IMG/VR virus record: IMGVR_UViG_3300044700_000345
Span: 1 to 64,000 of that record
Strand: one strand, 5' to 3'
Length of the DNA stretch: 64,000 nt
Origin: a virus
Shown: positions 47,849 through 56,671 of the stretch, piece by piece
Layout: each line of letters starts with the position of its first letter
Numbering within the stretch: the first letter of the stretch is position 1
Program-made: the position numbers and the translations under genes
Notes under the pieces: generated by a model
Seen by the model: only the letters and a program-made list of their open reading frames with translations
Database searches by the model: none
What the model was told of the DNA's origin: nothing

Positions 47849-48058
47849 ATGACCAGTCCACAGCTACCAAAGATTCCTGATTCAGTTGATCAACAACTAC
47901 TTGAAGCAATGCACTACATTGCCAAGTTAAAAGAGTCAGCTGATAAGTTTGGTATTGGATTCATTGGGGGCTTTATTGCCCCCAATGGAGAGAAGTTTGT
48001 AATGACAAACATGGATGAAGATGACCAAGAACTACTCATGCCTGAGCATCTGAAATGA
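47849..48058 (+). CDS. hypothetical protein
   Basis: 69 aa, coupled. Confidence 0.7.
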   Translation: MTSPQLPKIPDSVDQQLLEAMHYIAKLKESADKFGIGFIGGFIAPNGEKFVMTNMDEDDQELLMPEHLK

Positions 48059-48408
48059 CTGACCAACAACACCCGATCACCCCACCGCCTGAATTGGTGG
48101 AGAAGTGGGTGGAAAATTGGCACTCCACCCCAGGACTTCCTGACTGCCGCTATGAGTACATCGCCACCCGCGCCGCCCAATGGGGTGCCGACCAGGAGCT
48201 GGAGGCGTGTATCGAGTGGTTTGACAATCAGTCTCTGGTCTATCACCGTGACCTTGAAGAAGAACTCCGCGCCGCCCGCCGCCCCAAGCCAGCAACGCTG
48301 AACAGTATTGCCTTGCAAATGCTGGGCACTATTGAGCGCGACGCTCACTACCTGCCCGAGATTACTGACACTATCCGCCGTGCCCTGGAGGCCCTGCCCA
48401 ATGACTGA
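48055..48408 (+). CDS. hypothetical protein (HPITPPPEL...AAQWGADQELEAC family)
   Basis: GC-rich module; paralog at 55449. Confidence 0.75.
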   Translation: MTDQQHPITPPPELVEKWVENWHSTPGLPDCRYEYIATRAAQWGADQELEACIEWFDNQSLVYHRDLEEELRAARRPKPATLNSIALQMLGTIERDAHYLPEITDTIRRALEALPND

Positions 48409-48598
48409 CAAATCACCAATCAACTTTGACAAGACTGTCGCTGGGTTTAACATAACCGAGCGAGGTGTTAGATCATTTACCAAGTCAATTCAACTTGGTC
48501 CATTCCAGATAACACTCAATGCCCGCGACTCAGGAGTCCGGGCATCTGTATCCTTGCCGGGTACAGGACTATCAAAACGTAACATCAAATTGTTTTAA
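48401..48598 (+). CDS. DUF4236-like hypothetical protein
   Basis: KSIQLGPFQITLN...SG...SVSLPGTGLS. Confidence 0.65.
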   Translation: MTDKSPINFDKTVAGFNITERGVRSFTKSIQLGPFQITLNARDSGVRASVSLPGTGLSKRNIKLF

Positions 48599-48692
48599 GT
48601 ATTATGATTGCAACTTTCCTTATTGGTTATCTAGTTGGTTACCTAATTAGGTATCTAACTAAAATTGATCACAAAAAATAAAAATAACTATA

Positions 48693-48720
48693 CGTCCCAA
48701 GCATGACGTTAAACTGCCGT
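48693..48720 (+). promoter_or_regulatory. pseudoknot leader motif copy 4
   Basis: CGTC-CCAAGCA-T-GACG-TTAAAC-TGC. Confidence 0.7.
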
Positions 48721-48737
48721 CCACCTACTCAACTCAC

Positions 48738-48959
48738 ATGCAAACTATTCACACCGGAACACTAATGGTTGCCTGGACTGCTAGCTCCAAGATTCAGGAT
48801 GAGTACATGCGCCTTTGGCAGGATGAACTACAAACTTGGATCAAGTTGTATGACATGCACCCTGCTATTGCTAAGTGTGCATATGACCGGGCAATGAATG
48901 CCAAGGGCGGATACGAAGGTACACGCAAAGTTACCAACATACTGTGGGGTATTCACTGA
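48738..48959 (+). CDS. hypothetical protein
   Basis: 73 aa. Confidence 0.65.
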   Translation: MQTIHTGTLMVAWTASSKIQDEYMRLWQDELQTWIKLYDMHPAIAKCAYDRAMNAKGGYEGTRKVTNILWGIH

Positions 48960-49195
48960 TGGATGTTCTTGAGATTATCAAAACACAACTTGATTCAAAT
49001 GGATACACAATCTTTGCAATGGTTGATGACATGCAGTTGCTTTATCAACAGACTATGTACGAACCTGCTGAGTATTGTCCTGCAATATGCAAGGCTTATC
49101 TACTTGCAGATGACGAAGCTGATCTCCCTACTGGAGACAATGAGTTGCTTGCGTACATTAATGATTGCAATCTGAGCTGGACTCAGGTAAGCTGA
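48959..49195 (+). CDS. hypothetical protein
   Basis: TGATG coupling; QTMYEPAEYCPA.C.A motif. Confidence 0.65.
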   Translation: MDVLEIIKTQLDSNGYTIFAMVDDMQLLYQQTMYEPAEYCPAICKAYLLADDEADLPTGDNELLAYINDCNLSWTQVS

Positions 49196-49200
49196 TCATT

Positions 49201-49227
49201 CGTCCTGGTCATGACGTTAAACTGACC
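49201..49227 (+). promoter_or_regulatory. pseudoknot leader motif copy 5
   Basis: CGTC-CTGGTCA-T-GACG-TTAAAC-TGACC. Confidence 0.8.
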
Positions 49228-49260
49228 TATCAACACACACATCACCCAAGGTTTATTTCA

Positions 49261-49665
49261 ATGTCTTTTCCCACTAACGAAGTTATCAACTCCTGGTTCC
49301 AAGATGCACATACCGCTGCTGTTGCAGCAGGCGGTAGTGTATATGTCATGGAGAAACGCGCAGAGCAAGAGGTAGTTAAAGATGTTCTTCGCTGGGCTTA
49401 TCTAACTATGTTAGATGAACTAGAAGATCTCAACTATCCAACCAGCTCACGTGTTCGCATTCGTGTATATGAAATACTTAACAAACTTTACATCACGGAT
49501 GGTGTTGATGACACTGAAAATGATGAACTAGTAGATGATTACAATGATGAGGCTAGTTTGTTACCAGATGAGGATGAAGATGAGGAGCCTTCAACAGAAG
49601 TAGAACCTACACTAGCTCTTGAAATTATCAATGCTTTAATCAAAGCACTGATCGATAAGAAGTAA
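49261..49665 (+). CDS. acidic hypothetical protein
   Basis: ATG 49261 preferred. Confidence 0.65.
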   Translation: MSFPTNEVINSWFQDAHTAAVAAGGSVYVMEKRAEQEVVKDVLRWAYLTMLDELEDLNYPTSSRVRIRVYEILNKLYITDGVDDTENDELVDDYNDEASLLPDEDEDEEPSTEVEPTLALEIINALIKALIDKK

Positions 49666-49674
49666 ATGCTTGAC

Positions 49675-49704
49675 TGTCCTGAGCTAAGACATTAAACTGG
49701 CTTA
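49675..49704 (+). promoter_or_regulatory. pseudoknot leader motif copy 6
   Basis: TGTC-CTGAGCTA-A-GACA-TTAAAC-TGGCTTA; compensatory T-A in stem 1. Confidence 0.8.
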
Positions 49705-49731
49705 ACCCACACAATCACATCACACTCAACC

Positions 49732-51492
49732 ATGGAATTTAGACTCCCAGAAAATCTGCACCACCAACTGCTGGCCTATGATCCAGCATTGAAAGCATTG
49801 GCCAAGGAAAAGAAAGCTGCCGAGAAACCAGGGGGAGCACGTAAGAAAACCAAGTATCCAATTGGAAACATTAATGATTTGATCCCAGCTAATATTGTTG
49901 ATCCTGCTGTTATGCAGAGAGTAATTGATCAACTTAATTTAAGTGTTGCACCTGAAAAACATCATGTATTTTATACTCATTCTATCGGTTACGCCGCCGC
50001 CTCCAGTTACGCCAACACCTTTCCCAATGAAAGCACTGCAATCAGGCTTCCAATAGCTTCTGTTACAGATAGAAAAGTAAAAGCTATTCTCTATTACTGG
50101 GAATCAGTATGGGTAGCAGCATGGTTTCCTAATGCAGATGAAGATTATCTATATGGGTTTAGCTATGCAATATCAACTACCAAGGCAGAAAAGAAACGGT
50201 GTACGCGAATTTGTTTCAATAGAGCAAGTATGAATTTAGTATTGGCTGATATGGAAACAAGGAAGTATGGACGAGTTGATTATCATGTGCACACAGCAAC
50301 AGTTACTTTAGATACAGTATGTAGCTCAGTTAGTTATCATTGGGATCCATTTAACGTGAACGAATGGTCTGATAAAGGTAAACGTGTGAAACGAAATTGT
50401 ATTAAATTGTTTACAGAAGAAATGAGAACACGCATTCCAGTATGGAAAGATGAATGTGTATTTTCTCGTGTTGATAAGAAAATAAATAACTTGGATTATT
50501 TGTTTGGTCAAGGCCTGAATATGTTCAGTCATAAAACACCTGAAGAAGCAGATCTTAATTGGGTGCCGACTGCTGCAAATATAGGTAACAAAATATGTAA
50601 GTACTTAGATATCCCTGTTGTTATCTTTGCAAAACCATTTGTACAAAAGGAATTGCAACTTGCATGCGATGCAGCTATTGATATGTTTAATGATCCTACT
50701 GCTACTAATAGTCGCAGTGCACTAAAGCCTATCAAAAGATTCATTGAATACATGGAAGGTATCAGATGGATCCATAGTATTTGGCCAGATGCGCCTATTG
50801 ATTACTATCAAACATATAAAGAAGCATTAAGCAGCGTTGACTTTAATAGTTGGGGAATGTCTCATCTTATTAATCATTATACAAAAGCTAAGCAATGGGT
50901 ACAAGACCATATGCCTATTACTTCTATGTTTTTAATTCTTGATAAAACAGTTAGAGAAGAAAGGCTTAAGTTCCATGATATAGTTACTGGATTAACAATG
51001 TATGCTTTACGTGATACATTCACAATGATCAATACTGTATTAGATGCAGGCCAACCACTTGAACCACCTGCACGTTGGCGTCTCACTGAGTTCCATGATC
51101 ATGTGCAATCAGAAGCATGGAAGATCAAGAATATAAAACAAGATTTGCCCCAAGATTTATTCCCTAATCCAATTAAGATTACTCATCAAGAACACACGTG
51201 GACATTCTTACAACCAATGGATACACACCAGCTATCTCAATGGGGACAAGCAGTACGTAACTGTATAGGTACCGGTGGGTATGCAGAGGATGTTAAGAAA
51301 CGTTTACAGTTTATTGTGCTTTGTATGGTAGATGGTAAGCCTAAGTTTACTATTCAGTTGAAACTTAATCATGGCTTGATGTCTGTACAACAAATTGCTG
51401 GTATTGGCAATGCTCGTCTTAATGATGATGAGAAGGCTTTATATACTGACACATTCAGGCAGGCACTGGCTGTCCGCAGTGCAGTAGAGTAA
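49732..51492 (+). CDS. PcfJ-domain protein
   Basis: C-terminal EFHDHV...L.QWGQAVRNCIG..Y......I......KFTI.L......QI.G.GN. Confidence 0.8.
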   Translation: MEFRLPENLHHQLLAYDPALKALAKEKKAAEKPGGARKKTKYPIGNINDLIPANIVDPAVMQRVIDQLNLSVAPEKHHVFYTHSIGYAAASSYANTFPNESTAIRLPIASVTDRKVKAILYYWESVWVAAWFPNADEDYLYGFSYAISTTKAEKKRCTRICFNRASMNLVLADMETRKYGRVDYHVHTATVTLDTVCSSVSYHWDPFNVNEWSDKGKRVKRNCIKLFTEEMRTRIPVWKDECVFSRVDKKINNLDYLFGQGLNMFSHKTPEEADLNWVPTAANIGNKICKYLDIPVVIFAKPFVQKELQLACDAAIDMFNDPTATNSRSALKPIKRFIEYMEGIRWIHSIWPDAPIDYYQTYKEALSSVDFNSWGMSHLINHYTKAKQWVQDHMPITSMFLILDKTVREERLKFHDIVTGLTMYALRDTFTMINTVLDAGQPLEPPARWRLTEFHDHVQSEAWKIKNIKQDLPQDLFPNPIKITHQEHTWTFLQPMDTHQLSQWGQAVRNCIGTGGYAEDVKKRLQFIVLCMVDGKPKFTIQLKLNHGLMSVQQIAGIGNARLNDDEKALYTDTFRQALAVRSAVE

Positions 51493-51551
51493 GCTCGGCC
51501 CTCACAGCCGCTGGCAGTCAGGCTTCCCCTACGTAAGTCCAGCCCTCTACT

Positions 51552-51782
51552 ATGACTGAACATCGTGACATAACACCAGAAGAAGAAGCATTGCTACAAC
51601 AAGCATTGCAAAATCTTGGTGCCTACATTACAGAGCAAGGTCAACCCCAGTACATATTGTTTGAGGACAATGATCCTCGCAATGAAGATGATTTTGATAC
51701 ATGGGATTATGGTACTGAGCCATTACCTCATGACCACACTTGGCGTTCAACATCAATTGAAATCAAATTCACTGAAGTATAA
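51552..51782 (+). CDS. hypothetical protein
   Basis: 76 aa. Confidence 0.65.
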   Translation: MTEHRDITPEEEALLQQALQNLGAYITEQGQPQYILFEDNDPRNEDDFDTWDYGTEPLPHDHTWRSTSIEIKFTEV

Positions 51783-51955
51783 TGACAAAAGAACTGCTTG
51801 ATCAAGCTTATCGGTTTTGCAAAAATCTTGAGAAGCTGTGTTGGCAAATGGCAATGGATCAAAACGAACCATTGTACAACAGATACAAACAACTAGAGTA
51901 TAAATCTTGGGCTCGTTATGAACGGCGTTTTAAAAAGTATCGGTCAAATAATTAA
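51782..51955 (+). CDS. hypothetical protein (57 aa)
   Basis: TAATG coupling; MTKELLDQAYRFCKNLEKLCW... Confidence 0.5.
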   Translation: MTKELLDQAYRFCKNLEKLCWQMAMDQNEPLYNRYKQLEYKSWARYERRFKKYRSNN

Positions 51956-52892
51956 CCCTGTTCGCTCTTCTATTACAAAAGAAGAGTTGTTTAATCAATT
52001 GTTTTCTCAAACAAAACAAAAGTTTGCAATTGAACCTGGGCCTATTGTTACAAAACAAAACAACGGTGATTTAACACAAGCCTTGCAGAAGTCTCAGCAA
52101 TTTGCTCAACGCACATTGCAGCAACATGTTGATACAGGAGCCTTGGAACTTGATCGTGTTCTTGGATCTATTGGAATTTCTTCTAACTTATCTGAGACAT
52201 TAAAGTATCCTACAACTCATTATGTACTTGAGCCAGGTGTTTATTATAAACGCCAACATAAACTTCCAGTAAATCAATCAAGAGCTACAATGCAATCTCC
52301 GGGTGTTATTCAAGAGTTCATTGGATTTAAAGACACACCAATGATGGATTGGGATGTGGCTGGTCCTTACCATGCAGAACGCAATGCAACTATCAGACAT
52401 CTTGGGGATGTAGAAGATCGCATTCAAAACTATCTCCAACAAAACCCACAAGCAACCATTAAACTTTACCAATCACCAGGGGGTTATCGTGCTTTTGATT
52501 TAACTACAAGACAATCTCCTATTCAATATAATTCTTCATTTGATTTATTGGATGTTGATCCGGATTATCGTATGATTTCACAACAAAAACCAGATGCACT
52601 TAAGTATGAAGGAACAATTCCTGTAAATGATACAGAACGATTCAACTCAAGGATTAATCCAAAACTTGGACGGGTTGACTGGGTTGCTCAACCTATTGCA
52701 GAAATTGCTGGAACACAAGCTGTTGTTGATCCAGAAAGCATGCGCCGTGTACGTATGTATCATGATGAACCTATTGAGAGAAACTTTTTAAAAGGGCAAG
52801 CTCAAGCAGCTGGCCTTGAAAAAGTAACAGAAAATTTACCTACTGCTTCACAATTCTTACAAAAACAAATTCGTTCTTACCTTGGGTTGTAG
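51918..52892 (+). CDS. hypothetical protein with AEP (primase-polymerase)-like motifs
   Basis: MMDWD (hhDxD), LYQSPGGYRAF, VDPDY, FNSRINPK. Confidence 0.55.
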   Translation: MNGVLKSIGQIINPVRSSITKEELFNQLFSQTKQKFAIEPGPIVTKQNNGDLTQALQKSQQFAQRTLQQHVDTGALELDRVLGSIGISSNLSETLKYPTTHYVLEPGVYYKRQHKLPVNQSRATMQSPGVIQEFIGFKDTPMMDWDVAGPYHAERNATIRHLGDVEDRIQNYLQQNPQATIKLYQSPGGYRAFDLTTRQSPIQYNSSFDLLDVDPDYRMISQQKPDALKYEGTIPVNDTERFNSRINPKLGRVDWVAQPIAEIAGTQAVVDPESMRRVRMYHDEPIERNFLKGQAQAAGLEKVTENLPTASQFLQKQIRSYLGL

Positions 52893-52914
52893 GTTAAACT
52901 GTGTGTTTGGTAAT

Positions 52915-53001
52915 GGGGATGTGGTGGAATCGGTAGACACAACAGACTTAAAATCTGTCGGCCGTTAGGCCATGCGAGTTCAAGTCTCGCCATCCCTACC
53001 A
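52915..53001 (+). tRNA. tRNA-Leu (anticodon TAA), CCA encoded
   Basis: GGGGATG/CATCCCT acceptor stem, ACAGA-CTTAAAA-TCTGT anticodon arm, long variable arm, GCGAG-TTCAAGT-CTCGC T arm, ACCA end. Confidence 0.95.
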
Positions 53002-53017
53002 AACCTACATTCAACTC

Positions 53018-53380
53018 ATGAACATCTTTGCTTGCTTCCAACATCTCATCCCTGAAGTCCATGCATTCAGTGATGAAGACCAACGCTACAACTTTGGTGC
53101 TACCTGGACAGCAGGTGATGGTCTCAAAGATTATCACAACCTTGAGCTAAGGTATGTACACAATTCAGAACGGCTTGCCCTCCAAGGGGAACCACAGCCT
53201 GACGGAAGCTGGGTCTACAAAGAACCAAGCGGTACCCTCCATCGCATCAGTGCAGAACGTGCAGCTCACTTCATGGAGCAGACGCATCAGCATGCAACGG
53301 TCATGTGCCAAATGTTAGATAAACTTACAAAAGCTGGGGTCGCTGCTCCAATAGTTGACACGGAAGCTCAGCCTGCGTAA
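53018..53380 (+). CDS. hypothetical protein
   Basis: 120 aa. Confidence 0.7.
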   Translation: MNIFACFQHLIPEVHAFSDEDQRYNFGATWTAGDGLKDYHNLELRYVHNSERLALQGEPQPDGSWVYKEPSGTLHRISAERAAHFMEQTHQHATVMCQMLDKLTKAGVAAPIVDTEAQPA

Positions 53381-53416
53381 GCTGGCTACAGAATGGTCGT
53401 CTGCGTATGAAGCCCC

Positions 53417-53487
53417 GCAGAAGCCTTTGGTTTTCCAAGGGCTTTTGTGCTATATTGATTCAATCACCTAGGCCTCTGCTCTCGTCA
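53417..53487 (+). repeat. 71-bp direct repeat copy 1 (terminator-like hairpin plus extended -10)
   Basis: One mismatch to copy 2; AAGCCTTTGG-TTTT-CCAAGGGCTT-TT then TGCTATATT. Confidence 0.9.
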
Positions 53488-53550
53488 AGTCACGCTTAGG
53501 ATTTAAGTCCCGCTGCAGCGGGCCGGGAAATTGACCACTCCTGTCAAAGA

Positions 53551-53621
53551 GCAGAAGCCTTTGGTTTTCCAAGGGCTTTTGTGCTATATTGATTCAGTCA
53601 CCTAGGCCTCTGCTCTCGTCA
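53551..53621 (+). repeat. 71-bp direct repeat copy 2
   Basis: See copy 1. Confidence 0.9.
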
Positions 53622-53629
53622 TAGGGTTT

Positions 53630-53654
53630 GCCCCCTGCGCAAGCGGGGGTTTTT
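53630..53654 (+). terminator. intrinsic terminator
   Basis: GCCCCCTGC-GCAA-GCGGGGGT then a T run. Confidence 0.8.
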
Positions 53655-53669
53655 CTTACTTACACAACC

Positions 53670-53987
53670 ATGCCTGAACTCACTTCAGTTGATCGTGACT
53701 TAGCCAATCAAGTTGTTGCAGTAATTGCAGACGATGATTGGCCTAAGGTACGTGAACATTTCATTGACAAAATCCTTGATGCAATGCCTACTACAATCAT
53801 GCAAAGGTTGACTGGTACCAGGGATGACTTTGATCAGGCAGAAAAGTTTCTGTTTGAGTACTACGAACCAACTGAACGCAACAAGACTTTAATCTTGGAT
53901 GCATTTCAAATCCTTGGTACAACACAAACATGTTACATGTTGGATTTAATTCTGCCAAAGGGAAAGGATGAACTGCCGAGCATGTAA
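53670..53987 (+). CDS. hypothetical protein
   Basis: ATG 53670 (MPELTSVDRD). Confidence 0.7.
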   Translation: MPELTSVDRDLANQVVAVIADDDWPKVREHFIDKILDAMPTTIMQRLTGTRDDFDQAEKFLFEYYEPTERNKTLILDAFQILGTTQTCYMLDLILPKGKDELPSM

Positions 53988-54300
53988 CAGTACCAACACC
54001 CGCGTTACATGCACTGAACAAGCAGGCGATGTTACTAATCGGTGGTGTCGTTGTCTTGATTGCAAATCAAAGTTCAAAACTATTGAGCGCTATGCAGTTG
54101 CTAAACCAATCCCACTTGACCCACATGTATTGCGTGGAGATAAAAATCCAAACGCAAAACTAAATGCAATTCAAGTACAAACAGTTAGGCATCTGCATCA
54201 GCAAGGATATAGCAATGGACAGATTGCATTAAGACTTAAGATGCACCGCAGTACTATCTGCAAAATTGTCAACTACAAAACCTACAAGAACATTAAATGA
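53968..54300 (+). CDS. NrdR-like zinc ribbon fused to an HTH
   Basis: MNCRAC....TRV.......R.CRCLDC..KFKTIE followed by GDKNPNAKL...GYSNGQIA......STICKI. Confidence 0.7.
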   Translation: MNCRACNSTNTRVTCTEQAGDVTNRWCRCLDCKSKFKTIERYAVAKPIPLDPHVLRGDKNPNAKLNAIQVQTVRHLHQQGYSNGQIALRLKMHRSTICKIVNYKTYKNIK

Positions 54301-54605
54301 CTCGAAACAAAACAGTGTTTCAAGTTGGTGACCGTGTCGCTGAGCGCCCTAAGAACATGATCTTTTCTGGTCTTAGTACCAAGGCAAGGCAGACGGCAGC
54401 AGCCAACAACCAACAGCGTTATGGTATAGTGACTGGGCTTACCACCAAGGTAAGTACCAGTAAGCAAGTAACAAAGTATGTACTTGTGAAGTGGGATCAC
54501 CTGCAATCAGCAAGTGAGCACAGCCAGTCACGCATCTGTCACATAGCAGATGTGCATTCAATCGTTGCAAACTACCGCACTTCCCTTGGAGAAATCAACC
54601 CATGA
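54297..54605 (+). CDS. SH3-like hypothetical protein
   Basis: FQVGDRV...GIV...YVLVKWD. Confidence 0.7.
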   Translation: MTRNKTVFQVGDRVAERPKNMIFSGLSTKARQTAAANNQQRYGIVTGLTTKVSTSKQVTKYVLVKWDHLQSASEHSQSRICHIADVHSIVANYRTSLGEINP

Positions 54606-54832
54606 CTAATTTATTTGATCTTACAAGTAAAGAATTGTTTAGCTATTCCAAGCCTACGCCTGTGGAATCTACTAAAGAAAAACGTACTTATCACATTGAA
54701 GTTGATGACAATACTCATTGGGCACTAGTAAGTATTGCTGCTAAACAAAAATTACATCAAGAAGATTTTGTTGAGAATTTACTTGTTGGGTTTGTTGAAG
54801 AGTGGCGTGCTGTTCATGGGGCAACATCATGA
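54602..54832 (+). CDS. ribbon-helix-helix-like protein
   Basis: TYHIEVDDNTHWALVSIAAKQKL...FVENLL. Confidence 0.55.
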   Translation: MTNLFDLTSKELFSYSKPTPVESTKEKRTYHIEVDDNTHWALVSIAAKQKLHQEDFVENLLVGFVEEWRAVHGATS

Positions 54833-55452
54833 ACGTTACCTTTGTTCACTGCTCACCAGATGCTGAGAATCTTGTTGTCAGAATGGCGCGGGTATCTAAC
54901 CCAGCCAATGAAGACAACATGGCAACAGCACCAAAACTTTTGCGGTATCTAATTGATCACCAACATTGGAGCCCGTTTGAAATGTGTAGCCTTTGTGTAA
55001 AGATTGACACTGAACGTGACATCTCTGCACAGATATTACGCCATCGTTCATTTAGTTTTCAAGAGTTTAGTACTAGGTATGCCCAGGTACAGGAACTTAC
55101 TATTCCAAAATTGCGTAAACAGGATTTAAAGAATAGACAAAATAGTACAAATGATCTTGATTTAGGTACAGTGAATGTTTTAACCGAAGAAATTATGACG
55201 TTATACATGCAAGCTAGCGAACTTTATCAAGACATGCTTGACAATGGTGTAGCAAAAGAATGTGCACGTCGCATTCTTCCACTCAGTACACAAACTACTT
55301 TATATATGCACGGCACTTTGCGGTCGTGGATTCATTATGTAACTGTCCGTGCATCAAAAGAAACACAGCTAGAGCATCGGTTAATTGCAGAAGGCTGCAA
55401 GCAAATCTTCATTGAACAATTCCCTACTATTGGAGAGGCTGCTTTCAAATGA
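54829..55452 (+). CDS. thyX: flavin-dependent thymidylate synthase
   Basis: HWSPFE, RHRSFSFQEFSTRY signature, AKECARRILP, TQLEHR. Confidence 0.95.
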   Translation: MNVTFVHCSPDAENLVVRMARVSNPANEDNMATAPKLLRYLIDHQHWSPFEMCSLCVKIDTERDISAQILRHRSFSFQEFSTRYAQVQELTIPKLRKQDLKNRQNSTNDLDLGTVNVLTEEIMTLYMQASELYQDMLDNGVAKECARRILPLSTQTTLYMHGTLRSWIHYVTVRASKETQLEHRLIAEGCKQIFIEQFPTIGEAAFK

Positions 55453-55808
55453 CTAATCAAAAACACCCGATCACACCACCACTTGAGATGGTGGAGCAGT
55501 GGGCAGACATGTTAAGCTCACGTTCAAATTATGCTGTATTCAGTCTTGCTGCTCAATAGGGTGCCGACCAGCAGCTGGAGGCGTGTCGTGAGTGGGTATC
55601 CAAGTATCTTCCATACCTTGGAGACTTCCCCATGCCTGAAGACAAACTCCGCATCGCCTGCCGCCCCAAACCGCCGAGCTTGAAGGAGCAGGCTATCGCT
55701 GAACTTGAGAAGGTGGACATGCTCTGGGATACAACAGAGTTCAGCCAAGACACCCTTGACTCTCTAGACACCATCCGCCGCGCACTTGAGGCCCTGCCCA
55801 ATGACTGA
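55449..55808 (+). pseudogene. paralog of 48055..48408 interrupted by in-frame TAG (55557-55559)
   Basis: MTNQKHPITPPLE...AAQ*GADQQLEAC...DTIRRALEALPND; the paralog has TGG at this codon. Confidence 0.8.
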
Positions 55809-56109
55809 CCCCACCCCGAACGCACCAATGACTAAACTCTCACCCGTTGCTCAAAAAGCACTAGATGCCGCCTACGTTGCAGACAGTCATGTGCATCACG
55901 AGCGCGTTTCGCATGTGATTGCCGTCGATGTTATTCGTGCGGTTACGGATCTACCCAACGAGCTTGAGATCCCATTCAACGTGATTACAGATTGGGAAAC
56001 CATCCCTGGCACCTGCGCCAGTTTCTATGCCGCTGCTGAGTGGGGTTACAACCAGGCCTTAGCAGCGCAACGCGACATCGCCACCGAACTGGAGGGCCAT
56101 AGTCAATGA
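55801..56109 (+). CDS. hypothetical protein
   Basis: LSPVAQKALDA...IATELEG. Confidence 0.65.
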   Translation: MTDPTPNAPMTKLSPVAQKALDAAYVADSHVHHERVSHVIAVDVIRAVTDLPNELEIPFNVITDWETIPGTCASFYAAAEWGYNQALAAQRDIATELEGHSQ

Positions 56110-56297
56110 AAGTATCAGAGGTAAAAAAATTGATCGGGCAGAAAGTGTCTATTCGAAAATGCTATTCTGGCATTACTGACCACGTAATCATCTTAAGTGT
56201 TAAGGGTCGAAATGTTGAAGTTGATTTTTACGGTATGACAGATTGGCTTTGGCTTCCTGATTACATTATCAAACCACTCCCCGAGGTGACACCATGA
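56106..56297 (+). CDS. hypothetical protein
   Basis: 63 aa, coupled. Confidence 0.65.
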   Translation: MKVSEVKKLIGQKVSIRKCYSGITDHVIILSVKGRNVEVDFYGMTDWLWLPDYIIKPLPEVTP

Positions 56298-56590
56298 CCA
56301 CCCCAGCCCCTGACTTCCGCGAATTGTGCGCTGAGCTGCTTGACGAACTGCAATATCAAACTTCCTATGAGACTAATGCTGAATTACAAGACCGTGCCCG
56401 CGCCGCCTTAGCCACCCCAACGCCGGAGCCGCCGACGGATGAGGAGATACTAAAACTTACAGAAAATATCTCACCCGTACATTTGTATAAACATAAAAGC
56501 TTGCCTAGTGATTGGGATTTTGGCAATTACGCTTGTAGTCCTAAGGGATTAATTGACATTGCCCGCGCCGTCCTTGATAAGTGGGGTTAA
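56294..56590 (+). CDS. hypothetical protein
   Basis: DFRELCAEL...RARAALA.P.PE.PTDEE...ARAVL.KWG. Confidence 0.7.
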   Translation: MTTPAPDFRELCAELLDELQYQTSYETNAELQDRARAALATPTPEPPTDEEILKLTENISPVHLYKHKSLPSDWDFGNYACSPKGLIDIARAVLDKWG

Positions 56591-56609
56591 GTCGCCACAA
56601 TAGTCAACA

Positions 56610-56636
56610 CGTCCCAAGCATGACGTTAAACTGCTT
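56610..56636 (+). promoter_or_regulatory. pseudoknot leader motif copy 7
   Basis: CGTC-CCAAGCA-T-GACG-TTAAAC-TGCTT. Confidence 0.8.
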
Positions 56637-56671
56637 ATTAGTTTTGCTTATCATTCACTTCATTCAACACC

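Noticed and set aside
52877-53137. Minus-strand ORF spanning the tRNA
   Set aside because: Antisense translation of the tRNA (MARLELAWP...QILSLLCLPIPP), a common artefact.
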